64,000 nucleotides of DNA from Escherichia coli (GTDB lineage: Bacteria > Pseudomonadota > Gammaproteobacteria > Enterobacterales > Enterobacteriaceae). This document shows, in pieces, positions 45,555-60,096 of the stretch. The notes under the pieces are model-generated. The model worked only from the letters and a program-made list of their open reading frames with translations, searched no databases and was not told the DNA's origin. Numbering within the stretch: position 1 is the stretch's first letter; each line of letters opens with the position of its first letter. The stretch lies in the NCBI RefSeq assembly GCF_030384885.1, contig NZ_CP128613.1. One strand, written 5' to 3'. The position numbers and the translations under genes were made by a program.

Positions 45555-46229
45555 TTATTTTCCCCACAACCGCCGTGAAAAATCTTCGATTTTGCCGCTC
45601 AGTCGGCGCTTCTGCATCGTTCGCGTCCAGCTTTTCGATAACCCGGCAGCGGAGAGTAAACGGTGATACTGCTCGTCATCAAACGGCATATGCCATGCGA
45701 TGGCAGCAGCCTCCTGCACGGTCAAATCGCTGACACGGGAAACCAACTCCAGCGGCGCATCAGCAGATACCAACCCTGGCGCAATCACGCTATACAACCA
45801 TCCCACTTTACCCGTGTTTTGCATCAACTGCGCTATATCGCTGATATCAAAATGGTAATTGAGTTTATAGCAAGGGGAGCGTGGCTGGCTGACCTGAATT
45901 AATGCCTCTCCCCAGCGGAAAATATCGCCAATATAAACATTACTTTCCGTCAGACCGTCGGTTGAGAGATTTTCGCCAAACGCAGGCGCAACAAACAACT
46001 CCGCCTGTTCAGGAAATTCCCGCGCCCAGTAGAGATAATGTTCGCGAGGATAATGACACAGCGCCCTGTCTGGCCCACCGTGAACGACTTTCTCTGCCTG
46101 CTCGTCACCTTCCAGCCCCAGCTCTGTAAGCATCAATTCGCCATCAACCTGGATTTTGGCAATTGCGCTGGGTTTGCCTTCGGGATAAGCCTGAATCTTG
46201 CCCGTGTATACATCAACCGGATATCGCAT
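45555..46229 (-). CDS. yiiM: MOSC-domain protein YiiM
   Basis: recognised as YiiM (MRYPVDVYTGKIQAYPEGKPSAIAK...); start moved to internal Met. Confidence 0.85.
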   Translation of the reverse strand: MRYPVDVYTGKIQAYPEGKPSAIAKIQVDGELMLTELGLEGDEQAEKVVHGGPDRALCHYPREHYLYWAREFPEQAELFVAPAFGENLSTDGLTESNVYIGDIFRWGEALIQVSQPRSPCYKLNYHFDISDIAQLMQNTGKVGWLYSVIAPGLVSADAPLELVSRVSDLTVQEAAAIAWHMPFDDEQYHRLLSAAGLSKSWTRTMQKRRLSGKIEDFSRRLWGK

Positions 46230-46377
46230 CTGTTCCCTCTCCACGAGAAATTTCCCCATTAGACCATATTTATTTTATGTCAGGCGTGCTGTTTTCGCGG
46301 TATGTATCCAGGCAGGAGCTCAATCGCAAACCGGACGAACGTTAGTTCATCCGGCTGTGGGGATTAAGGAAGCAGGT

Positions 46378-47361
46378 TTATTTTACCGTGCCTAAAATTT
46401 CGATTTTCGCCACTCTGGCTTTGACTTTACGTGACCAGATAGAGGTAAGGATTGGCACCAGAATCGAAGTCACAATGACCGCCGTCGCGACCAGCGAAGT
46501 TGCTGCCGGAGCCATCGGTTTCAACGCAGGCACCATTTCTGCAATCAGCACAGGTGTCGCTACCGCCGCCCCTGCGGAACTGGAAGCGGCAATTCCGGCA
46601 GTGCCATCGCCACCGCCAATCAATTTATCGGCGATAATCAACGGAATACCGGTCACGATAATTACTGCCACACCCAACAGGATCCCCAGCAAACCTGTCT
46701 GGGCAATTACAGTCAAATCAATGGTATTGCCCAGCGCGAAGGCAAAGAATGGAATCAGCGTCTGCACCGCTTTGCTGAAAAATTCTCGTAATTCAGGGTC
46801 AAGGTTCCCAAGGGCAAAGCCCACCAGGAACGGTAACACTGCGCCGACGAAAACATGCGGTTCAAACGAGGCAATCCCGGCAGTGCCCAGGATAATCATC
46901 GTCATGAGCGGCCCGGACTCCAATGACATCAACACAAATGCCCCAGCTTCTTCTTTCGTACCGTACTGCTGCATGATGGAAGCGTAAAGTCCGCCGTTGG
47001 TCATATCCATCGCCGCCACCAGCGCCAGCGTTGAAAGTCCGGCAAAGAATCCAACTTCAACACCATGTTCCGGAATAATGCGCGAGGCAATTGCCGCAAC
47101 CACCCACGCGACGGCAATTTTTGTTACCACCAGCGTACCGGATTTACGCAATACCGTTCCCGTCGCGCTTAATTTTATTGACGCCCCCATGCAAAAAAAC
47201 CACACCGCCAGAATGGGCACCGTACCGGTAATCATCCCGTTGGTGAATGATCCAAAATATTTCCCCGCCCCCGGCGAGAAGGTGTGGCACAGTGCGCCAA
47301 GGAATAGCGGGACGAGCATCATCCCCCCCGGGATTTTTTCAATCGAGCGTTTTATCTGCAT
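46378..47361 (-). CDS. kdgT: 2-keto-3-deoxygluconate permease
   Basis: recognised as KdgT (polytopic membrane protein); start moved to MQIKRSIEK. Confidence 0.9.
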   Translation of the reverse strand: MQIKRSIEKIPGGMMLVPLFLGALCHTFSPGAGKYFGSFTNGMITGTVPILAVWFFCMGASIKLSATGTVLRKSGTLVVTKIAVAWVVAAIASRIIPEHGVEVGFFAGLSTLALVAAMDMTNGGLYASIMQQYGTKEEAGAFVLMSLESGPLMTMIILGTAGIASFEPHVFVGAVLPFLVGFALGNLDPELREFFSKAVQTLIPFFAFALGNTIDLTVIAQTGLLGILLGVAVIIVTGIPLIIADKLIGGGDGTAGIAASSSAGAAVATPVLIAEMVPALKPMAPAATSLVATAVIVTSILVPILTSIWSRKVKARVAKIEILGTVK

Positions 47362-47620
47362 TTCCATCACCTGTCGGCATATTTTTAAGGGCTGATGCGT
47401 AATTCCTCAACGGAGCATCAGTGTTGATGAAAACGAAGATAGACATTCATTTAATCAATAAAAGTGATCAAAACCACATCAATTGAAACACTGTTTTATT
47501 TTTATCGGATCATTGTTTTTATTTTGAAATTGATCACAAAAAAACCACCGCCGTTGGCGATGGTTCATTTTTTAAGCTGATATGCGGCGTAAACGCCTCA
47601 TTGCAGCAGGCGGCAAATGA

Positions 47621-48241
47621 TTATTTTTTCGCCGCGAAACGTGCCGCTGCTTCGTCCCAGTTCACCACGTTCCAGAACTCTTTGATGTAGTCAGGACGGC
47701 GGTTCTGGAATTTCAGGTAGTAAGCATGTTCCCACACATCCAGGCCCAGAATCGGGAAGCCGGAAGCGCCAGAAATAGCTTCACCCATCAGCGGGGAGTC
47801 CTGGTTAGCAGTAGAAACCACCGCCAGTTTATCGCCTTTCAGCACCAGCCATGCCCAGCCGGAACCAAAGCGGGAAGCTGCCGCTTTCTCAAATTCTGCT
47901 TTGAAGTTATCAACGGAGCCGAAGTCACGTTCGATAGCCGCTTTCAGGTCACCCTGTAAGGTGGTGCCTTTTTTCAAACCTTTCCAGAACAGGCTGTGGT
48001 TAGCGTGACCGCCAGCGTTGTTGCGCAGTACGGTTTTCTTGTCTGCTGGCAGCTGGTCCAGTTTGGTGATCAGCTCTTCAACCGGCAGGTTGGCAAATTC
48101 TGGCAGGCTTTCCAGCGCCGCGTTGGCGTTGTTGACGTAGGTCTGATGGTGTTTGGTGTGGTGGATTTCCATGGTCTGCTTATCGAAGTGCGGTTCCAGG
48201 GCATCGTAAGCATACGGCAGGGATGGCAGGGTATAGCTCAT
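47621..48241 (-). CDS. sodA: manganese superoxide dismutase
   Basis: recognised as SodA; start moved to [18 protein letters not shown]. Confidence 0.97.
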   Translation of the reverse strand: MSYTLPSLPYAYDALEPHFDKQTMEIHHTKHHQTYVNNANAALESLPEFANLPVEELITKLDQLPADKKTVLRNNAGGHANHSLFWKGLKKGTTLQGDLKAAIERDFGSVDNFKAEFEKAAASRFGSGWAWLVLKGDKLAVVSTANQDSPLMGEAISGASGFPILGLDVWEHAYYLKFQNRRPDYIKEFWNVVNWDEAAARFAAKK

Positions 48242-48299
48242 ATTCATCTCCAGTATTGTCGGGCGGCCGATTGTTAATGCCGCGTAAGCAGTTGGTTCA

Positions 48300-48335
48300 T
48301 TATAGTTAATTAAATGATATTGAAAATGATTATCA
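48300..48335 (-). promoter_or_regulatory. Fur-box-like operator in the sodA promoter region
   Basis: GATAATCATTTTCAATATCATTTAATTAACTATAATGAACC (reverse strand) contains GATAAT/ATCATT repeats resembling the Fur consensus plus a TATAAT -10. Confidence 0.5.
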
Positions 48336-48525
48336 ATGCCGTACTTTTCGTAAGGGTATGGTTTTGCAGGAAAATGCCCGAGATGTGAAGCAAATCACCC
48401 ACTTAATGCCGTGATTGCCAGTAAATCGACAACGGCGGCAACAGGCGAAAGGTTAATCGACAGCACGATTTTTACACTCATCTCGTCGGAGATGTGACGC
48501 GACGAAAAATGATGAGGATAAGAAG

Positions 48526-49560
48526 ATGAGTAACGCGATTACGATGGGGATATTTTGGCATTTGATCGGCGCGGCCAGTGCAGCCTGTTTTTACGCGCCG
48601 TTCAAAAAAGTAAAGAAATGGTCATGGGAAACCATGTGGTCAGTCGGTGGGATTGTTTCGTGGATTATTCTGCCGTGGGCCATCAGCGCCCTGTTACTAC
48701 CGAATTTCTGGGCGTATTACAGCTCGTTTAGTCTCTCTACGCTGCTGCCTGTTTTTCTGTTCGGCGCTATGTGGGGGATCGGTAATATCAACTACGGCCT
48801 GACCATGCGTTATCTCGGCATGTCGATGGGAATTGGCATCGCCATTGGCATTACGTTGATTGTCGGTACGCTGATGACGCCAATTATCAACGGCAATTTC
48901 GATGTTCTGATTAATACCGAAGGCGGACGCATGACGTTGCTCGGCGTTCTGGTGGCGCTGATTGGCGTAGGGATTGTAACTCGCGCCGGGCAGTTGAAAG
49001 AGCGCAAGATGGGCATAAAAGCCGAAGAGTTCAACCTGAAAAAAGGGCTGGTGCTGGCGGTGATGTGCGGCATTTTCTCTGCCGGGATGTCCTTTGCGAT
49101 GAACGCCGCAAAACCGATGCATGAAGCAGCTGCCGCACTGGGCGTCGATCCACTGTATGTCGCTCTGCCAAGCTATGTTGTCATCATGGGAGGCGGCGCG
49201 ATCATCAACCTCGGTTTCTGCTTCATTCGTCTGGCAAAAGTGAAGGATTTGTCGCTAAAAGCCGACTTTTCGCTGGCAAAACCGCTGATCATTCACAACG
49301 TGTTACTCTCGGCACTGGGCGGTTTGATGTGGTATCTGCAATTCTTTTTCTATGCCTGGGGCCACGCCCGCATTCCGGCGCAGTATGACTACATCAGCTG
49401 GATGCTGCATATGAGCTTCTATGTATTGTGCGGCGGTATCGTCGGGCTGGTGCTGAAAGAGTGGAACAATGCAGGTCGCCGTCCGGTAACGGTGTTGAGC
49501 CTCGGCTGTGTGGTGATTATTGTCGCCGCCAACATCGTCGGCATGGGCATGGCGAATTAA
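48526..49560 (+). CDS. rhaT: L-rhamnose-proton symporter
   Basis: 344-aa polytopic membrane ORF recognised as RhaT. Confidence 0.95.
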   Translation: MSNAITMGIFWHLIGAASAACFYAPFKKVKKWSWETMWSVGGIVSWIILPWAISALLLPNFWAYYSSFSLSTLLPVFLFGAMWGIGNINYGLTMRYLGMSMGIGIAIGITLIVGTLMTPIINGNFDVLINTEGGRMTLLGVLVALIGVGIVTRAGQLKERKMGIKAEEFNLKKGLVLAVMCGIFSAGMSFAMNAAKPMHEAAAALGVDPLYVALPSYVVIMGGGAIINLGFCFIRLAKVKDLSLKADFSLAKPLIIHNVLLSALGGLMWYLQFFFYAWGHARIPAQYDYISWMLHMSFYVLCGGIVGLVLKEWNNAGRRPVTVLSLGCVVIIVAANIVGMGMAN

Positions 49561-50495
49561 TCTTTCTGCGAATTGAGATGACGCCACTGGCTGGGCGTCA
49601 TCCCGGCTTCCCGGGTAAACACCACCGAAAAATAGTTACTATCTTCAAAGCCACATTCGGTTGAAATATCACTGATTAACAGGCGGCTATGCTGGAGAAG
49701 ATATTGCGCATGACACACTCTGACCTGCCGCAGATATTGATTGATGGTCATTCCAGTCTGCTGGCGAAATTGCTGACGCAAAACGCGCTCACTGCACGAT
49801 GCCTCATCACAAAATTCATCCAGCGCAAAGGGACTTTTCAGGCTGGCCGCCAGCCGGGTAATCAGCTTATCCAGCAACGTTTCGCTGGATGTTGGCGGCA
49901 ACGAATCACTGGTGTAACGATGGCGATTCAGCAACATCACCAACTGCCCGAACAGCAACTCTGCCATTTCGTTAGCAAACGGCACATGCTGACTACTTTC
50001 ATGCTCAAGCTGACCGATAACCTGCCGCGCCTGTGCCATCCCCATGCTACCTAAGCGCCAGTGTGGTTGCCCTGCGCTGGCGCTAAATCCCGGAATCGCC
50101 CCCTGCCAGTCAAGATTCAGCTTCAGCCGCTCCGGGCAATAAATAATATTCTGCAAAACCAGATCGTTAACGGAAGCGTAGGAGTGTTTATCGTCAGCAT
50201 GAATGTAAAAGAGATCGCCACGGGTAATGCGATAAGGGCGATCGTTGAGCACATGCAGACCATTACCGCGCCAGACAATCACCAGCTCACAAAAATCATG
50301 TGTATGTTCGGCAAAGACATCTTGCGGATAACGGTCAGCCACAGCGACTGCCTGCTGGTCGCTGGCAAAAAAATCATCTTTGAGAAGTTTTAACTGATGC
50401 GCCACCGTGGCTACCTCGGCCAGAGAACGAAGTTGATTATTCGCAATATGGCGAACAAATACGTTGAGAAGATTCGCGTTATTGCAGAAAGCCAT
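49557..50495 (-). CDS. rhaR: AraC-family transcriptional activator RhaR
   Basis: recognised as RhaR (cupin N-domain plus AraC HTH); start uncertain (312-aa and 282-aa forms both plausible). Confidence 0.85.
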   Translation of the reverse strand: MAFCNNANLLNVFVRHIANNQLRSLAEVATVAHQLKLLKDDFFASDQQAVAVADRYPQDVFAEHTHDFCELVIVWRGNGLHVLNDRPYRITRGDLFYIHADDKHSYASVNDLVLQNIIYCPERLKLNLDWQGAIPGFSASAGQPHWRLGSMGMAQARQVIGQLEHESSQHVPFANEMAELLFGQLVMLLNRHRYTSDSLPPTSSETLLDKLITRLAASLKSPFALDEFCDEASCSERVLRQQFRQQTGMTINQYLRQVRVCHAQYLLQHSRLLISDISTECGFEDSNYFSVVFTREAGMTPSQWRHLNSQKD

Positions 50496-51315
50496 CCCGT
50501 CCCTGGCGAATATCACGCGGTGACCAGTTAAACTCTCGGCGAAAAAGCGTCGAAAAGTGGTTACTGTCACTAAATCCGCAGCGATAGGCGATGTCAGTAA
50601 CGCTGGCCTCGCTGTGGCGTAGCAGATGTCGGGCTTTCATCAGTCGCAGGCGGTTCAGGTAACGCTGAGGCGTCAGTCCCGTTTTCTGCTTAAGCTGTCG
50701 ATGTAGCGTACGCAGCGAAAGAGAAAATTGATCCGCCACGGCATCCCAATTTACCTCATCGGCAAAATGGTCCTCCAGCCAGGCCAGAAGCAAGTTGAGA
50801 CGTGATGCGCTGTTTTCCAGGTTCTCCTGCAAACTGCTTTTACGCAGCAAGAGCAGTAATTGCATAAACAAGATCTCGCGACTGGCGGTCGAGGGTAAAT
50901 CATTTTCCCCTTCCTGCTGTTCCATCTGTGCAACCAGCTGTCGCACCTGCTGCAACACGCTGTGGTTAACGCGCCAGTGAGACGGATACTGCCCATCCTG
51001 CTCTTGTGGCAGCAACTGATTCAGCCCGGCGAGAAACTGAAATCGATCCGGCGAGCGATACAGTACATTGGTCAGACACAGATTATCGGTATGTTCATAC
51101 AGATGCCGATCATGATCGCGTACGAAACAGACAGTCCCACCGGTGATGGTATAGGGCTGCCCATTAAACACATGAATACCCGTGCCATGTTCGACAATCA
51201 CAATTTCATGAAAATCATGATGATGTTCAGGATAATCCGCCTGCGGGAGCCGGGGTTCTATCGCCACGGACGCGTTACCAGACGGAAAAAAATCCACACT
51301 ATGTAATACGGTCAT
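50479..51315 (-). CDS. rhaS: AraC-family transcriptional activator RhaS
   Basis: 278-aa ORF recognised as RhaS; overlaps rhaR start as in the rhaSR operon. Confidence 0.95.
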   Translation of the reverse strand: MTVLHSVDFFPSGNASVAIEPRLPQADYPEHHHDFHEIVIVEHGTGIHVFNGQPYTITGGTVCFVRDHDRHLYEHTDNLCLTNVLYRSPDRFQFLAGLNQLLPQEQDGQYPSHWRVNHSVLQQVRQLVAQMEQQEGENDLPSTASREILFMQLLLLLRKSSLQENLENSASRLNLLLAWLEDHFADEVNWDAVADQFSLSLRTLHRQLKQKTGLTPQRYLNRLRLMKARHLLRHSEASVTDIAYRCGFSDSNHFSTLFRREFNWSPRDIRQGRDGFLQ

Positions 51316-54328
<3,013 letters not shown>

Positions 54329-54332
54329 ACAC

Positions 54333-54367
54333 TGCCGGATGCGGCGCGAGCGCCTTATCCGGCCTAC
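54333..54367. repeat. REP element between rhaA and rhaD
   Basis: TGCCGGATGCGGCGCGAGCGCCTTATCCGGCCTAC. Confidence 0.75.
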
Positions 54368-54410
54368 GGGTCGTGCATCCGACAACACCGAATTTACAGG
54401 AACACAGAAC

Positions 54411-55235
54411 ATGCAAAACATTACCCAGTCCTGGTTTGTCCAGGGAATGATCAAAGCCACCACCGACGCCTGGCTGAAAGGCTGGGACGAGCGCAACGGC
54501 GGCAACCTGACGCTGCGCCTGGATGACGCCGATATCGCGCCTTATCACGACAACTTCCATGCACAACCGCGCTATATCCCGCTCAGCCAGCCCATGCCTT
54601 TACTGGCAAATACACCGTTTATTGTCACCGGCTCCGGCAAATTCTTTCGTAACATCCAGCTTGATCCTGCGGCTAACTTAGGCGTCGTAAAAGTCGACAG
54701 CGACGGCGCGGGCTACCACATTCTCTGGGGGCTAACTCACGAAGCCGTTCCAACCTCTGAACTTCCGGCTCACTTCCTTTCCCACTGCGAGCGCATTAAA
54801 GCCACCAACGGTAAAGATCGGGTGATCATGCACTGCCACGCCACCAACCTGATCGCCCTTACCTACGTACTGGAAAACGACACCGCGCTCTTCACTCGCC
54901 AGCTTTGGGAAGGCAGCACCGAGTGTCTGGTAGTGTTCCCGGATGGCGTCGGCATTTTGCCGTGGATGGTGCCCGGCACGGACGAAATCGGCCAGGCGAC
55001 CGCACAGGAAATGCAAAAACATTCGCTGGTGTTGTGGCCCTTCCACGGCGTCTTCGGCAGCGGTCCGACACTGGATGAAACATTCGGTTTAATCGACACC
55101 GCAGAAAAATCAGCACAAGTATTAGTGAAGGTTTATTCGATGGGCGGCATGAAACAGACCATCAGTCGTGAAGAGCTGATAGCACTCGGCCAGCGTTTCG
55201 GCGTTACACCACTAGCCAGTGCGCTGGCGCTGTAA
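54411..55235 (+). CDS. rhaD: rhamnulose-1-phosphate aldolase
   Basis: recognised as RhaD ([24 protein letters not shown]...); start moved to give 274 aa. Confidence 0.95.
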   Translation: MQNITQSWFVQGMIKATTDAWLKGWDERNGGNLTLRLDDADIAPYHDNFHAQPRYIPLSQPMPLLANTPFIVTGSGKFFRNIQLDPAANLGVVKVDSDGAGYHILWGLTHEAVPTSELPAHFLSHCERIKATNGKDRVIMHCHATNLIALTYVLENDTALFTRQLWEGSTECLVVFPDGVGILPWMVPGTDEIGQATAQEMQKHSLVLWPFHGVFGSGPTLDETFGLIDTAEKSAQVLVKVYSMGGMKQTISREELIALGQRFGVTPLASALAL

Positions 55236-55244
55236 GGAGCAAAC

Positions 55245-55559
55245 ATGATCCGCAAAGCCTTTGTCATGCAGGTTAACCCCGACGCCCACGAAGAGTATCA
55301 GCGTCGGCATAATCCAATCTGGCCGGAACTGGAAGCAGTGTTGAAATCTCACGGTGCGCATAACTACGCCATTTACCTTGACAAAGCGCGTAATCTGCTG
55401 TTTGCCACGGTAGAGATTGAATCTGAAGAACGGTGGAATGCGGTAGCCAGTACTGATGTTTGCCAACGTTGGTGGAAGTATATGACCGACGTTATGCCAG
55501 CTAACCCGGATAACAGCCCAGTCAGTAGCGAGCTGCAAGAAGTGTTTTACCTGCCTTAA
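55245..55559 (+). CDS. rhaM: L-rhamnose mutarotase
   Basis: 104-aa ORF recognised as RhaM (YiiL). Confidence 0.95.
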
Positions 55560-55872
55560 TTGCCCAATGTGCCGGAAACGCCTCCGGCACAATACTTTTA
55601 ATTTCTACTTAAAAAAATAAACATATTGCACCTTCAATGAGTATATCCAGGCAAGTTATATTTCCCCGATACATTATGAGCAAATCACAAAAATAATGAA
55701 TAACTCATTAATGATTCATGTCGTTTATTTAAATAACCATTATTTGCATTACTCCGCAAACCTGACCTTTCCCTCTATCTCAAATTGTCATCGTTTGCCG
55801 ACATATCGACTCTCATCACTTAGTCGCTCCACCATTACAATGGGTTAAAATATATTTTATGGAGTTCGATTA

Positions 55873-56421
55873 ATGGCTGCTCTTACTGCAAGCTGTATTG
55901 CCTTGAATATTCAGGGCAATAGCGATTATTCCATTCTGAGACAGCTGGCTACAATAGCATGTCAAAATGGTTTCATTACCGATTCTCATACGTTTCTGCA
56001 GACCCTACTGCGACGCGAAAAAATGCACTCCACAGGATTTGGTTCTGGCATTGCCGTACCACACGGTAAAAGAGCCTGCGTTAAACTACCCTTCGTGTTA
56101 TTCGCCCGCAAAGCACAGGCCATTAACTGGAAAGCCAGCGACGGCTAAGGCGAAAACCTGATTGTTAATCGTCTCGCCATCCCACATGGCTGGAGCGAAC
56201 AGGAACGCCGTTTTCGTGGATTTTTTATTACCCTCGCCCAACCGCTCGAGGTGAATAACGAAGTCATTAACCATGTGTTGATCGCCTGTGCCGCCGCTGA
56301 TGCGCGCCACGAGTTGAAAATATTCAGCTCTCTGGCAAGCGTACTATGTACGTATCCGGCGGAGACTATTGCCGGGCTAACGGGATATGAAGGGTGTATA
56401 GCGTTACTTCGTCAGGAGTGA
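55873..56421 (+). pseudogene. frvA: frvA-like PTS EIIA (fructose-type) remnant with in-frame TAA at 56146-56148
   Basis: first 91 codons contain the EIIA phospho-His motif GSGIAVPHGK; after the stop the same frame stays open to about 56421 with a second IPHG-like motif; expected neighbours frvB/frvX/frvR not found before yiiG. Confidence 0.5.
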
Positions 56422-56458
56422 ATGATGTCGGATCCACGTTTGACACGGCTTAACGACG

Positions 56459-56494
56459 TGTAGGTCGGATAAAGCGTTTACGCCGCATCCGACC
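56459..56494. repeat. REP element upstream of the yiiG 3' end
   Basis: GTAGGTCGGATAAAGCGTTTACGCCGCATCCGACC. Confidence 0.75.
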
Positions 56495-56522
56495 TTGTAT
56501 TTCTCAGCAAAAATAAAAACGT

Positions 56523-57578
56523 TTAACGCAGGCGATTATAATCATCGACCATTTCGTTGTACTCACGTAATGCTCTCGGGAAAGAGTCGTCGACCATCCA
56601 ACTTGTGTTTGCATCCTGAAGTTGCTCTTTATCCCAGTCAGAATACGGAACTTTATCTCTGACGCGGCGAACATATTTTTTAGCCTCGAGTTGATACTGG
56701 TCTGCCGAATTAATGAACGAGAAATTCATACCGCCTTTATCCGCTTCTTTGGCCTGCGCCACCAGCGTTTCCAGTTCAGAGACTTTCTTCATTGCCGCAT
56801 CAACATCAAACTTCTCTTGCGAAATCAGGTTATTAATTTGTTTCGCTGAAATCATGACTGCCAGGGAGTAGTAGTGGAATGTTTTTCCTTCTGTTTCTTC
56901 AATATTTTTCAGTTCCGCAAGCTGACGCTTATCGTTAATTTCCTGAATCGCCGCATGATAAGATTCTGCTACAGGTTCAAAGGCTTCAAGATTTTTTAAG
57001 AATGTCTGGTGCAGCGTTTTCCCTTTCGCAAACGCATCGTCTTTATAATTTTCCTGGGTGTAATATTTATCCATTTCGTTAATGGTATTACCCAACGCCA
57101 CGGCAGCATCAATATAACTCACCGCCACGCCATCAATAGGTTGCAGCGCAGGCGTTAACGCCACAGCACTTTTTACGCCTTTTTCACACTCAGCGAGGTT
57201 GGATTCACTAATACCGTAGATACCATAAACAGTACGCTCTTCACCGGTAGGGCCCTGTTTAAAATCTTTCAGCCAGTCAGCATAACGCGCCAGACTGCTC
57301 TGTACAGGGATCTGTAACTTGTTGTAGCACTTGATATAGACATCCATTTTTTCGTCGAAAACCGCTTGTTCATCGACCACCGGTTGAGCAGGCGTTTCAG
57401 GTTTAACTTCTGCTTTTGCAACGGGAGCTTCAGCAGGTTTCGCTTCAGGAGCTGGTGCGGCAGGTTGACTATTGGCAGGCGGGGGCGTTTCTGTTTCGGA
57501 TTTTTTATCGTCACAACCCGTGAGACCGAGGGCCATTATGGCGACTATAATAGCGGAAGATAATAAATTCCTTTTCAT
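56523..57578 (-). CDS. yiiG: lipoprotein YiiG
   Basis: 351-aa ORF with lipoprotein signal (LTGCDDKK) and Pro/Ala-rich linker; recognised as YiiG. Confidence 0.85.
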   Translation of the reverse strand: MKRNLLSSAIIVAIMALGLTGCDDKKSETETPPPANSQPAAPAPEAKPAEAPVAKAEVKPETPAQPVVDEQAVFDEKMDVYIKCYNKLQIPVQSSLARYADWLKDFKQGPTGEERTVYGIYGISESNLAECEKGVKSAVALTPALQPIDGVAVSYIDAAVALGNTINEMDKYYTQENYKDDAFAKGKTLHQTFLKNLEAFEPVAESYHAAIQEINDKRQLAELKNIEETEGKTFHYYSLAVMISAKQINNLISQEKFDVDAAMKKVSELETLVAQAKEADKGGMNFSFINSADQYQLEAKKYVRRVRDKVPYSDWDKEQLQDANTSWMVDDSFPRALREYNEMVDDYNRLR

Positions 57579-57788
57579 TTAATTGCCTTATAAATAGATA
57601 AATAAGAGTGTGAATATAATAAATGAAAAAAGAAAATGTCACTACACGCGTTTTGTTTATAAATAAATCGATAATATTCATAAAATGAATAAGTCCTGTA
57701 ATTTAATTTCTAAATCACAGGACTTATTTTAACTAACGGCACAACCTTTGCGGGAGGGAGTGTCATGTCCCCCACCATTAATCATGCA

Positions 57789-60095
57789 CTACATCCCGTA
57801 GCGTTCGGCAATAGTGGCATGTTTCTCTTCATTCGCCCCGGCTTCTTTGGCGAGACGCCACCAGCACAACGGATGTTCCCAGTCAGCGGTCAATTCGTGC
57901 AAGGTCTTATCGATATCACCTTTAGAAATTGAACGCGGCGCACTGATAACAAAGTAGAATGCGGGAAGTGGCTGCGCATCTTCACCCTGATGACTGTCCG
58001 TTAACGTATAGTCGTCATTACTGTTGCTCCAGTAGTACCAGTTTCGTTCACGGAGCGCCTCACGGAAAGTATTAAACTCTTCTTCACCAGGCATGACACC
58101 TTCGCAGAACCAGGACTCGCCGTATTCGGTCGGGATAATGGTGTTCAGGCACCCATAAAGCGGAGTGAAATTCTTCCGTTCTTCCTCATCCTCTGGTTGG
58201 GTGTTCAATATTTCTGCATCGAATACCACAACTTCATCAACATGTTGCGGATAATCGGTCCGGTAAGTTGGCTCAATGATCCTTGCTGTTACCGGCCCAA
58301 TACGTTGAGCATAGTAATAGCGGTATTCATAATTTTCCCGGAAGCGGATGTTTAACAGCCCCCATTTTTCGTCAATAAAACCTTCGCCTTCCGTGAGCTC
58401 GATTTCCAGTTCAGCAGCAATAGCACGAACCAAATCCCATTGTTGCAGGATGCTGGCGGTCGCCATGATATCCCACTGGAGATTGCGAATATCTTCTTCA
58501 CGGCTAATCATCAGTTGCTGCAATTGTTGTAAATAATCCAGCTGTCGATCCCAGGCTTCCTGTTTTTGTGCTGCCCAAGAGCACATGCGATAAACGCCAA
58601 CCCACTCACGCCCTTTTTCGTGTTGCAGCAACTGTTGCCCAATCGACTCCAGTTCACTCCAGTCTTCCTGTTGGTTGAGCACTCGCGCACGGAACCACAA
58701 GGCCATATGTAGCAGCCCCGCCTGTTCATACTGCTTCGCCAGGTGCTCAATGGTTTGCAGATCGTCACGGTGGAGCAATAAATCCAACAGATCGAAGCAA
58801 AGACCATTATCTTCCTGGATGTGGCTTTCGACGTAGCGTTGCAGAAGTTCAATCGACTCATCAATCGCATTACAGGCGTTTAACGCATTGACCAGTTTGC
58901 CCAGCAATTCCGCATCATCTGGCGCGTTCAGGTAAGCGCGGCGGAATGTTTCGACGTCTTTTTCTGGATCTGGTTGCGTTTCTTCATCGCTATTTTCAGG
59001 TACTTCTACAACCGGACGAGCAAGCAACTCTGCTTCTTTGGCGGCGATTTTTTCACTCAGTTCGAGAAACTCACGATCAACCCCCAGTAACACGCGTAAT
59101 TTTGGCATGTGTCGCTGGGCCAGTTTCATCGCTATTTTGGCAACCCAGACGGATTCACGCTCCAGCGCCAGGGTAATTTGCAGTTTCGCCAGATCAACCA
59201 CTTTGCGGTGCGCTCCGGCCTGCGAGCGGTGCTCCAGCATTTTTTGGATGATGCGCGCCAGTTGCCAGTTGTTTCTTTGTGGATGACGGGGAAGTAACAC
59301 AGTAATGATTTTCAGCCATGACCCCCATGAATGGGGAGTCAGATCTGACCAACGCGGTAATTCCTCCCAGACTTCTTCGTCCTGCCCGCATAACGCCATG
59401 ATGTACAGTTTTTTGAGGTGATTACTAATGCGGTCGCGGCCCCAGTAATCATTGGCTTCTGTCAGCTCATCAATCAGTATGCGTGCTTCATCATAACGCT
59501 GAAGTTCAATCAGAATATCGGCACGAGTATAAAGTAATGCATCAATATCATCTTCCCCGGCTGCTTTAACTGCGTCGATTTGTCGATCCAGATAAGCCAA
59601 TGCCTCCTCTATTCTTTTGGAATCTATCAGTGCACTGGCATATTCAGTGGACAAACACTGAAAACAGCTCCAGGTCGGATCAATCCGCGCGATGGTTTCT
59701 TCACATACCGCCATACGTTCATTCGCCCAGCCAGGTGCATCAATATTTTCGTAGCAGGCGGATAAATCCTGGGTAACGCAGATAGATTGTGGGCAATCTT
59801 TTGTCTCTTCCCGGTGCGCTTTTTCAAACAGCGCCACTACGTCAGGCAGTACTTTTTCACCTTCTTCGCGGTTAGTCAGGCGATGGCGCATTTCCCAGTG
59901 ACCAATAAAAATCTCCAGCCACGGATTTTTTGCCACCTGGGTAAGTGCTTTTACTTCAGGTAACAGCGAATCGCACTTTTCCATTTGCAGGTGCATAACG
60001 CCTTCCGAATAATCATCGATAAGTTGCGGAATATATTCCTGCCCGGCATCGCGTAACTCCTTAGTATATTTGTGATACCACTCCCATATATCCAT
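57789..60095 (-). CDS. hypothetical 768-aa helical protein, translationally coupled partner of the Hsp90-like ATPase
   Basis: large acidic, predicted mostly alpha-helical protein with no motif I recognise; ATG lies 1 nt after the upstream stop with an AAGGAA RBS inside the upstream gene. Confidence 0.6.
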   Translation of the reverse strand: MDIWEWYHKYTKELRDAGQEYIPQLIDDYSEGVMHLQMEKCDSLLPEVKALTQVAKNPWLEIFIGHWEMRHRLTNREEGEKVLPDVVALFEKAHREETKDCPQSICVTQDLSACYENIDAPGWANERMAVCEETIARIDPTWSCFQCLSTEYASALIDSKRIEEALAYLDRQIDAVKAAGEDDIDALLYTRADILIELQRYDEARILIDELTEANDYWGRDRISNHLKKLYIMALCGQDEEVWEELPRWSDLTPHSWGSWLKIITVLLPRHPQRNNWQLARIIQKMLEHRSQAGAHRKVVDLAKLQITLALERESVWVAKIAMKLAQRHMPKLRVLLGVDREFLELSEKIAAKEAELLARPVVEVPENSDEETQPDPEKDVETFRRAYLNAPDDAELLGKLVNALNACNAIDESIELLQRYVESHIQEDNGLCFDLLDLLLHRDDLQTIEHLAKQYEQAGLLHMALWFRARVLNQQEDWSELESIGQQLLQHEKGREWVGVYRMCSWAAQKQEAWDRQLDYLQQLQQLMISREEDIRNLQWDIMATASILQQWDLVRAIAAELEIELTEGEGFIDEKWGLLNIRFRENYEYRYYYAQRIGPVTARIIEPTYRTDYPQHVDEVVVFDAEILNTQPEDEEERKNFTPLYGCLNTIIPTEYGESWFCEGVMPGEEEFNTFREALRERNWYYWSNSNDDYTLTDSHQGEDAQPLPAFYFVISAPRSISKGDIDKTLHELTADWEHPLCWWRLAKEAGANEEKHATIAERYGM

Positions 60096-60096
60096 T

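Noticed and set aside
56098-56310. 70-aa minus-strand ORF overlapping the frvA remnant
   Set aside because: Antisense to the EIIA-like reading frame, which has recognisable motifs; no independent support.
58348-59391. Several short ORFs (58348..58536, 58511..58870, 58946..59176, 59038..59286, 59194..59391) inside the 768-aa gene
   Set aside because: All nested within a long continuous ORF that is translationally coupled to the upstream gene; treated as chance frames.
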